This document shows, piece after piece, positions 48,006-55,029 of a stretch of 59,118 nt of DNA (positions within the stretch are counted from its first letter, which is position 1; every line of letters starts with the position of its first letter). The DNA is from Candidatus Magasanikbacteria bacterium CG1_02_32_51. Lineage in GTDB: Bacteria; Patescibacteriota; Patescibacteriia; Magasanikbacterales; UBA922. Below the pieces are notes generated by a model. That model ran no database searches. It was not told where the DNA came from and was given only the letters and a program-made list of their open reading frames with translations. Made by a program: the position numbers and the translations under genes. The DNA is taken from contig MNVC01000014.1 of the NCBI GenBank assembly GCA_001871435.1, forward strand, positions 1-59,118. Reading direction: 5' to 3'.

Positions 48006-48350
48006 TTATTTTACTTCTTCAAAGATTTTTGTAAATACTGCAGGATGATTTTCAGCGATTTGGGCTAGTATTTTTCTATCAATTAAGACATTGTTTTTCT
48101 TTAGTGAATTGATAAAAACACTGTATGAAGTTCCTAACGCACGAACAGCCGCATTGATTTTTACTTGCCACAGACGGCGTGTTTCTCTTTTTTTGGTTTT
48201 TCTATCGCAGTAAGCATGAGCACCAGCTTTGGTATCAGCAGTTTGAGCTAGTTTTATAAGATTTTTTCTACCAGCTTGAAAACCTTTAGTTCTTTTCATT
48301 AGAGCCTTACGGCGCTTGACGTGTTGTACACCTCGTTTTACTCTTGGCAT
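48006..48350 (-). CDS. rplT: 50S ribosomal protein L20
   Basis: MPRVKRG..R+LWQVKINAAVR..DRKILA. Confidence 0.97.
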   Translation of the reverse strand: MPRVKRGVQHVKRRKALMKRTKGFQAGRKNLIKLAQTADTKAGAHAYCDRKTKKRETRRLWQVKINAAVRALGTSYSVFINSLKKNNVLIDRKILAQIAENHPAVFTKIFEEVK

Positions 48351-48377
48351 ATTTTTTATTGATTACAATTATTTTAT

Positions 48378-48584
48378 TTAGGAATATGGCAAAGCTTTGA
48401 TAACTATCTTTTGCAATGGCAAAGATACTGTGTTGTCAGAGCGTTTGTTACGTTTGGTATTGCCTGATTCACGAGAGTTGAAATGATCTTGGCCATCATG
48501 TCTTTTTAGGACTTTGATGCCTTTTTTGGATCTTTTGACTATGAATCTTTTGGTAGTACCTTTATGTGTCTTCATTTTTGGCAT
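48378..48584 (-). CDS. rpmI: 50S ribosomal protein L35
   Basis: MPKMKTHKGTTKRF; lies between infC and rplT. Confidence 0.93.
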   Translation of the reverse strand: MPKMKTHKGTTKRFIVKRSKKGIKVLKRHDGQDHFNSRESGNTKRNKRSDNTVSLPLQKIVIKALPYS

Positions 48585-48619
48585 ATTTTTGATAATTTTA
48601 TAAAGTTTTAAGCTTCGTG

Positions 48620-48648
48620 ATTATAGACTATTTTTGACCTTTAGTCAA
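48620..48648 (-). promoter_or_regulatory. sigma70 promoter for rpmI-rplT
   Basis: TTGACT-17-TATAAT. Confidence 0.7.
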
Positions 48649-48721
48649 GGGGAAATGTGTGTATAGGTTATAAAGTAAATTTAACAGATATAATTGAATA
48701 AAACTGAGAGTATATAGACAA

Positions 48722-48810
48722 CATTGCTCCATTGTCATATTGTCCTATTGTGGTTTTTCTTTCAAAATTATTGGCAATACAGCAATAGGTCAGTGGGGCA
48801 ATGGGTCAAT
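48722..48810. repeat. Empty inverted 8-mer (cattgtnn) cassette between infC and rpmI
   Basis: cattgctc cattgtca tattgtcc tattgtgg / cagcaata ggtcagtg gggcaatg ggtcaat; same family as 5919-6391. Confidence 0.8.
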
Positions 48811-48818
48811 TTTAAAAT

Positions 48819-49367
48819 CTATTTTTTAACTATAACGGCTATAATGCTCTTTCCTTGTCTGCCAATTTCTTGTTCAAATCTAGTTTCAATAGTTTTTTGA
48901 ATGTTTTGAATCATTTTTTTTATTATTTCAATTCCTATTTCTGGACGGGCATTTTCACGTCCTTTCATATTTAGCTCAATTTTTACTTTGTCGCCTCTGT
49001 TTAGGAATTTTTCTGCTTGTTTTTGTTTGATGACTAAATCATGTTCACTAATACGAGCAGAAAGACGTAAACCTTTAGTTTCATTTACTTTAGAATGAGC
49101 TTTTTGTTTGCGAGCTTCTTTTTCTTTTTGATATTTGAATTCTGTAAAATCTATCAATTTAGCCACTGGAGGAGTACTTTTAGGGTTGATTTCTACCAAA
49201 TCTAGTTCTTTGTTCATAGCTAAATCTAGGGCTTCTCTTTTGGAGAGAATTCCTATTTTTTTACCTTCCTCATCCAAAACTATCAATTCTTCAGCTTCAA
49301 TTTCAGAATTTTTTTTGTATTTCGGAATTAGTGGTTTTTCTGGTCTTTTTCTTCTTGAGATACGCAT
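48819..49367 (-). CDS. infC: Translation initiation factor IF-3
   Basis: LDLVEINP..PPVAKLID..KY, FL.RGDKVK..GRE. Confidence 0.95.
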   Translation of the reverse strand: MRISRRKRPEKPLIPKYKKNSEIEAEELIVLDEEGKKIGILSKREALDLAMNKELDLVEINPKSTPPVAKLIDFTEFKYQKEKEARKQKAHSKVNETKGLRLSARISEHDLVIKQKQAEKFLNRGDKVKIELNMKGRENARPEIGIEIIKKMIQNIQKTIETRFEQEIGRQGKSIIAVIVKK

Positions 49368-49374
49368 AACGTAG

Positions 49375-49441
49375 TTGAAAGTTATAAAGTTAAAAGTTCA
49401 TAAAGTACTTTTGACTTTACGAACTTTACGAACTTTTGACT
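49375..49441. repeat. Empty inverted aaagtt-type (7/9-nt) array pair between ssrA and infC
   Basis: aaagttataaagttaaaagttcataaagt / acttttgactttacgaactttacgaacttttgact; single arms also at 32749-32793 and 47482-47516. Confidence 0.8.
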
Positions 49442-49448
49442 AATTTTG

Positions 49449-49853
49449 TGGAGATGCCGGGAATTGAACCCGGGTCTAGATGGGTTATCCCCATATTCTA
49501 CATGTATAGCTAATTTGGTATTTTGTTGGTAGCTAGAAAATTAGCAAAACCACTACCAACTATTCTGAATTGTTGTCAATTGAAACTGTCAGAAAGCCAT
49601 TTCAATTTACGCTCAATGGGGGTTGACACCGCAGATCTCAATATTGAGTATCTCGAGATGCGATGGTAGATGAGCTTATTAAGCTACTACAGATGCGAAT
49701 GATGGCATACTGAAAGCAGAAGCTACAGCAGTTCTCACTCGACTTACTAAGTTTACACTTAGGGATTCTACGCCGGTATTTACGAGGAAAGCGTAGCTCC
49801 TCGACATGCTTATGAAGGGTAACTAGGTCCAACTATCGAACCCTGTCATCCCC
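49449..49853 (-). ncRNA. ssrA: tmRNA
   Basis: 5' GGGGATGACAGGGTTCGA, 3' GGGTTCAATTCCCGGCATCTCCA with G3:U acceptor stem; internal tag frame ends GCT TAA TAA; adjacent to smpB. Confidence 0.95.
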
Positions 49854-50016
49854 CTTTTTTTGTCAAATGACAATTTTTAGATTACAAAGTTTTTGTAATT
49901 TAAATGGTTATCATTTTATTAAACGCTGAAAAATAAAATAGAGATACAATTGAGATAATTTTTGTTTAAAAAAGTAAAATTACAATGAAACAATGGAACA
50001 ATATAACAATGGTTTT

Positions 50017-50463
50017 TTAATAGTCACCCTTGAGGGCACGGTGCATATCACGGCTTTCTTGGCGTTCTTTTAGGATACGTTTTTTATCAAATTGTTTTTT
50101 GCCATGACCAATACCAATTTCTACCTTTATTTTACGGCCTTTAGTATATACTGACAGGGGTAGTATTGTCAAGCCTTTTTCTTGTATTTTTCCTGTTAAA
50201 TAAGCTATTTGTTTCTTGTTTAATAATATTTTACGACTTCTTTCTGGTTCATAATCCTTGATAGTAGCATATTTATATTTGGAAATATGAGTATTTAATA
50301 GATAGGCTGCCCCATCATGAATAGTTACAAAGCTACCAGTAAGCTTGATTTGTTTGCTTCTTATAGCCTTTACTTCTGATCCGGTCAATACCAAACCAGC
50401 CTCAAAGGTTTCAAGGATTTCATAATCAAATCTGGCTTTTTTGTTGATGGCGTAGGTGGGCAT
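50017..50463 (-). CDS. smpB: SsrA-binding protein
   Basis: NKKARFDYEILETFEAGLVLTGSEVKAIR..R.RKILL..GKKQFDKK. Confidence 0.97.
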   Translation of the reverse strand: MPTYAINKKARFDYEILETFEAGLVLTGSEVKAIRSKQIKLTGSFVTIHDGAAYLLNTHISKYKYATIKDYEPERSRKILLNKKQIAYLTGKIQEKGLTILPLSVYTKGRKIKVEIGIGHGKKQFDKKRILKERQESRDMHRALKGDY

Positions 50464-50529
50464 AGTATTGCATTTATTGAAGTACTCTAATGCTAGATGT
50501 AAGATTAAAGTGTGTGATAAGTGCTTTTA

Positions 50530-50596
50530 TATTGTTACATTGTTAAATTGTTATTTTGTTATTGCTCAATTTAGCCATATAACAATTTAACAATTG
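50530..50596. repeat. Empty inverted 8-mer (attgttan) array pair
   Basis: tattgtta cattgtta aattgtta ttttgtta / aacaattt aacaattg; a further single arm at 49981-50012. Confidence 0.75.
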
Positions 50597-50777
50597 CTAA
50601 AATTAGAAAACAATCTTCTAAAATAATGAACTCTATAGGATATTTCGTGTTTATCATAAGCTATTTAGCACTTTTTTGCAAGATTTAGTGAATTGTTGTA
50701 TAATGTTTTTAGTTTTTAGGCAAAATTTTTTGTTTAAATATATTTTGTTTATAATTAACATTTTATTTACTTTAGGG

Positions 50778-50850
50778 CAACAGTTGACAGCCTATAGACT
50801 TGTGATTTTTAGGTGAGCCTGTTGTCTGTAGTCCATAGTCTGTAGACTAG
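50778..50850. repeat. Empty inverted 7-mer (ctgtagt-type) array pair
   Basis: caacagt tgacagc ctataga / ctgttgt ctgtagt ccatagt ctgtaga. Confidence 0.65.
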
Positions 50851-50856
50851 AAATAT

Positions 50857-51297
50857 ATGTCTGATAAAAAGAAAAAAATAGATTTTGTTTTGTTAGTTTT
50901 TGGTTCTATAGCACTTTTTGTGATTATTGCTGTTTTTATAATTTTATATTTACTTTTTAACAAGGATAACAAATCAAAAAACAATTCTCTTATAAAACAA
51001 AATGTTGATTTGAATCCAACAATTACACTTCAAGAATTATCTGATAATTATAAAAAAGATATTGAAACACAAATAAATTTTATAAAAAATACTGACAAAG
51101 ATATTGCTACTCTTTCTCAAGATCTAGAAAATAATATGCTCAAGATTCATGTACCAACAGAAGAAAGAGAAAAATTTTTGAATGTGACTTTGCAATTGGT
51201 ACGTATGCAAAAACAAGGTTTGGAAATAGATCCTAAGGCTAGTAAAGATAAAATTTTGGAATTACTAAATAGTTTATTAAATTATGAAGAAAAATAA
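50857..51297 (+). CDS. Hypothetical membrane-anchored protein
   Basis: N-terminal TM helix and helical soluble domain; overlaps the next gene. Confidence 0.75.
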   Translation: MSDKKKKIDFVLLVFGSIALFVIIAVFIILYLLFNKDNKSKNNSLIKQNVDLNPTITLQELSDNYKKDIETQINFIKNTDKDIATLSQDLENNMLKIHVPTEEREKFLNVTLQLVRMQKQGLEIDPKASKDKILELLNSLLNYEEK

Positions 51298-52096
51298 ACC
51301 GGTTTTTGTTGCCATTTTTTCTGTTTTCATTTTGCCATTGGTTTTGTTGATAGTTAATTTTTTCCCAGGATTTGAAATTAATACTCATATAGTAGTCACG
51401 CCGGATGGTGGATTATTAAATATTAAACTGTTTTATATTTTGATGTTAATAATGAATGCTTACTTTATTTTTATTGCTTTTAGATACAATTTGGACAAAT
51501 CAGAAATTGCTCTCAACTTTATGACTTCTTGGTCGTTTATTGTACTTGTGCTTTTGGTAGAGAATGTTTGGATACGTTATGTATTTATTATATTTTCTAT
51601 GCTGGTATTTTTCTTTATTGCTTATTGGTCTAGACCTAAGACCAGCCAATCTGTTTATGTCAAAGAAAAACCTTTACGTCGGATGATGATGATGCTTTAT
51701 GTTTTCAATACTTATGCTTTTTTGATTGGTGCTTATTCTTTTCATATTTATTTTACCAATTTTTCCTTTGTTTTCATAAGTGTGGTATCATCTATATATA
51801 GTGCTTTTGCAGCTTATATGATTTGGAGTTTGTATTTCAAATCAGAATTCAAAAAACTGGTAGTTTGGTCAATTATTTTTGCGACAATTATTTTTGAATT
51901 GATGTGGGTGATGGTATATTTACCTTTTGGTTATTTGGCTTTGGGATTTTTGACTGTTTGGATTTGGTATTTGTTACAACTCTTTGTGCGTTTTCATTTG
52001 AATAAAGAAGATATTATTTGGAAACAACAAATCAATTTTTTATTAGTTAATTTAATTTTATATATTTTAGTACTTTATATTATTAGATGGGTATGA
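51284..52096 (+). CDS. Polytopic membrane protein of unknown function
   Basis: About 9 hydrophobic segments. Confidence 0.8.
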   Translation: MKKNKPVFVAIFSVFILPLVLLIVNFFPGFEINTHIVVTPDGGLLNIKLFYILMLIMNAYFIFIAFRYNLDKSEIALNFMTSWSFIVLVLLVENVWIRYVFIIFSMLVFFFIAYWSRPKTSQSVYVKEKPLRRMMMMLYVFNTYAFLIGAYSFHIYFTNFSFVFISVVSSIYSAFAAYMIWSLYFKSEFKKLVVWSIIFATIIFELMWVMVYLPFGYLALGFLTVWIWYLLQLFVRFHLNKEDIIWKQQINFLLVNLILYILVLYIIRWV

Positions 52097-53184
52097 TGAA
52101 AATGCAGTCACCACATTTACCAGAAAGAGCTTGCTCAGTGCAAGGACATAATTTTTGGCAAAATATTCGTTTTACAATTTACGTTGTTGTTATTGCTTTG
52201 TTAGCTGGAATAACTGGCTCTTTAGTTGTCTCTGCTTGGTTTGAACCAGATTTTTATTCTACCCAAAAGATATTGTTGGTAAATAGAATTATTGGTAATA
52301 CCACAGACCAAATTGCTACTTGGAGTAAGACACCAAGTCCTTTGGCAGCCAAGAGATTGGAATATAGTACTATAAATATTTTTGACAAGAGTTTGCAAGT
52401 TGCAAAGAATTTTTATTCCAGAGAAGCTTTTTTAGGTAGAGTTGCTATGCTTAGCTCTAGTGGTTGGGGGATAATTTATTATCCAGAATTTAGTCAAGCA
52501 AAATTGTTAAATTGGTTGGCTTTGGATAATCAAGGTTTGGAATACAAAATAGAAAATACTATTTTTGATGCTGAGAGAGGAATGCTCTATGTCAAATTTG
52601 CTGGTAATAATTTTCGCGTAATGTCTTTTCCTAATTGGAATAATTTTACCAATGGAACCAAAGTTTGGGTGTCAGATTATAATGTTTGGAAAGAGAGACA
52701 ACTTGGTGATACAATTGTTGTTATCAAAAATCCTCACATAATTACTGAACAATATAGTCGTTTGCACTTGGAACCAGAAACAGCTCAGGGTGGTATAGTG
52801 ATGACTGAAGAAGGTCAATTTGTGGGTTTTGTGGATATAGATGGTATGTTGCAGACTGCGTGGTTTGCTGACTATCAGTTACCAAATTTGTTGGAAAAAG
52901 GTGAATTTATAAAAAATAATATTGATTGGAGTGGTTATTTTGTAGAGCGTCATGGTGCAAGTGAAGTCGTTGGTGCACCTGGTAGTGGTTTTTTTATAGT
53001 AAATTCTGGCAAAGTCATTACAGATCTCAAAAAAGGTGATATAATTACGAGCGTCAATGGTAGTGAAATTGATCCACACAATCTTTGGAAGACTATACTT
53101 GCTAATGTTGGTGATTTCAATTTGACTGTTTGGAGAAATGGAATAGAAGTAGATTTGAAAATTCACCTAATATCTCAGCCATAG
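52087..53184 (+). CDS. Degenerate HtrA-like (trypsin fold plus PDZ) membrane protein
   Basis: TM anchor, MLSSSGWGII, GGIVMTEEGQFVG and LKKGDIITSVNG..TVWRNG (PDZ); catalytic GNSGG absent. Confidence 0.65.
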   Translation: MGMMKMQSPHLPERACSVQGHNFWQNIRFTIYVVVIALLAGITGSLVVSAWFEPDFYSTQKILLVNRIIGNTTDQIATWSKTPSPLAAKRLEYSTINIFDKSLQVAKNFYSREAFLGRVAMLSSSGWGIIYYPEFSQAKLLNWLALDNQGLEYKIENTIFDAERGMLYVKFAGNNFRVMSFPNWNNFTNGTKVWVSDYNVWKERQLGDTIVVIKNPHIITEQYSRLHLEPETAQGGIVMTEEGQFVGFVDIDGMLQTAWFADYQLPNLLEKGEFIKNNIDWSGYFVERHGASEVVGAPGSGFFIVNSGKVITDLKKGDIITSVNGSEIDPHNLWKTILANVGDFNLTVWRNGIEVDLKIHLISQP

Positions 53185-53238
53185 TCTGATCCGCCTTGGG
53201 CGGATAATTAATAATTTCTAATAAAATTATAAATAAAT

Positions 53239-53658
53239 ATGGAGGGGGATACAATAATTACAAATGACAAAATCCAAATTACAAATCAAAATCAAAATAC
53301 CAATGTCAAAGTTTACGACTTAGTTGAGAGAACAGGAAAATTTGGTGAAGATATAATAGTCTTTCTGAAGACTTTGGTAAGAGATGTTATAAATAACAGG
53401 TTGATAGACCAAATAATTAGATCAGCTACTAGTATAGGTGCAAATTATATGGAAGCAGACGGTGCTGAATCAAAAAAAGATTTTATACACAAAATGGCAA
53501 TATGCAAAAAAGAAGCAAAAGAAACAGAACATTGGCTTAAAATGTTGGCCAAAGCAAATGATAGTAGAATAGACGAATGTAGGAAATTGTGGAAAGAAGT
53601 ACATGAGTTGACATTAATATTTTCAAGTATTTTAAATAAAAGTAAAAATAAGAAATAA
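53239..53658 (+). CDS. Four helix bundle protein (TIGR02436-like); N-terminus translated through the left repeat arm
   Basis: YDLVERT..F, QIIRSATSIGANYMEA, SKKDF..K..ICKKEAKETEHW. Confidence 0.92.
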   Translation: MEGDTIITNDKIQITNQNQNTNVKVYDLVERTGKFGEDIIVFLKTLVRDVINNRLIDQIIRSATSIGANYMEADGAESKKDFIHKMAICKKEAKETEHWLKMLAKANDSRIDECRKLWKEVHELTLIFSSILNKSKNKK

Positions 53659-53710
53659 TTTTGCATTTATTATTTGAAATTGATTTGACATTTGAACTTT
53701 GAAATTTGGT
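53256..53710. mobile_element. Cassette: inverted 7-mer arrays around a four-helix-bundle gene
   Basis: aattaca aatgaca aaatcca aattaca aatcaaa ... aatgtca / atttgaaattgatttgacatttgaactttgaaatttgg. Confidence 0.7.
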
Positions 53711-53789
53711 TTTATACACTGAGATAACATAGATTTTTTAAAAATATATTAATCAATTTACTAATAAACTAATTAACAAATAACACAAT

Positions 53790-54395
53790 ATGTTCAACAC
53801 TCACAATTCGCTAGAACTTCTTCGTCATCGTTTCAAATTGATTTTTTTGGTTGGTATATTGGTAGCCATTTTATCTATTGGTTTTACTTTTATTTTTCCA
53901 CTAGAGTATAGAGCTGATGCTCAGGTATTGATTATTTCCAAGTCCAATTCTGGGGTTGATCCATATACTTTGGTTCGTTCAGCTGAGCGTGTGGGTGATA
54001 ACGTTATTCAGGTTATGAAGACTGACGATTTCTATCAAAAAGTAAAAGCCCAAACAAACTATGATATAGATTGGACATATTTTGAAAGTAAAGGTGAAAG
54101 ACAAAAACGTAAATTATGGCAAAAGACTCTAGTACCTTCAGTTGTCTATGGTACAGGGGTTTTGAATATTTCTACTTTTAGTACCAATTCAGACAAGGCT
54201 GTAAAGTTGGCCGCAGCATCTGCTGATGCCCTAGTTAGTCAAGGTTGGCAATATGTGGGTGGTGATGTTACTATGAAAGTTGTCAATAATCCCATAGCCA
54301 CAAAATGGCCAATGCGACCAAATCTGGTTATGAATGCTTTGTTAGGATTTGTAGTAGGTACTTTGTTGATGGGTTTGTTGGTGGTGAGGAAGTAA
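53790..54395 (+). CDS. Wzz/CpsC-like chain-length determinant family protein
   Basis: Two TM helices, EYRADAQVLI, RPNLVMNALLGFVVG. Confidence 0.75.
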   Translation: MFNTHNSLELLRHRFKLIFLVGILVAILSIGFTFIFPLEYRADAQVLIISKSNSGVDPYTLVRSAERVGDNVIQVMKTDDFYQKVKAQTNYDIDWTYFESKGERQKRKLWQKTLVPSVVYGTGVLNISTFSTNSDKAVKLAAASADALVSQGWQYVGGDVTMKVVNNPIATKWPMRPNLVMNALLGFVVGTLLMGLLVVRK

Positions 54396-54496
54396 CACTA
54401 ATCCTCCTTTGTTCTTATTTTATAGAACTACGGCGGACAAGTTTCACTGATTTTTATATGGTTAATTATAATTTTATCTTTTAAATAAAAATAATT

Positions 54497-54814
54497 ATGG
54501 ACAACGAAGATAAACAGGTAGCTACAGATCTTGGCAAAAAATTTGCCATAATTTTGGCACAATTGAATATTACTGATGAAACTAGACAGGCTATACTAGA
54601 TATAGTTCCAAGTTTAAATATGGCACAAATAGCCGAAATGGTAGATTTGTTTGAAAGAAAATATTTGGAAGCAGCTACAGGAGAGTTGGATGAAAAAATG
54701 AAACAAGATTTGGAAAAAATAAAAATTGGTATGAATCAGAAAAATGCAGAAATAAATGAAAGTACCATGTCAAAATTAGATGATTTGGAAAAAGAGGTTG
54801 GTAATTTGAATTAA
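54497..54814 (+). CDS. Hypothetical helical protein
   Basis: Clean ORF with coding-like composition. Confidence 0.7.
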   Translation: MDNEDKQVATDLGKKFAIILAQLNITDETRQAILDIVPSLNMAQIAEMVDLFERKYLEAATGELDEKMKQDLEKIKIGMNQKNAEINESTMSKLDDLEKEVGNLN

Positions 54815-54820
54815 ATTTTT

Positions 54821-55024
54821 ATGCCACCAAAAAAAACTATTAAGAAACAAAAAGAAATGAGTCCTGTCAGACAACAGGAAATTTTTGTTTTGTTAGATAG
54901 GATTGAAAAGATGTTTGACAAAATTACCGTAGCTTTGAAGACTGTTGATAATGATACTCGTAGGGTTTTGAAAAAAGACGAAATAAAAAACATTTTAGAA
55001 AACATTCATAATATTAAATATTAA
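54821..55024 (+). CDS. Hypothetical small protein
   Basis: Tightly packed between its neighbours (6 and 5 nt gaps). Confidence 0.65.
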   Translation: MPPKKTIKKQKEMSPVRQQEIFVLLDRIEKMFDKITVALKTVDNDTRRVLKKDEIKNILENIHNIKY

Positions 55025-55029
55025 AGTAT

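Noticed and set aside
49638-49832. 64-aa minus-strand ORF
   Set aside because: It lies within the tmRNA in a frame different from the tag.
5969-53658. Four-helix-bundle genes as Avd of a diversity-generating retroelement
   Set aside because: No reverse transcriptase and no template/variable repeat pair with adenine-specific mismatches is visible in this window.
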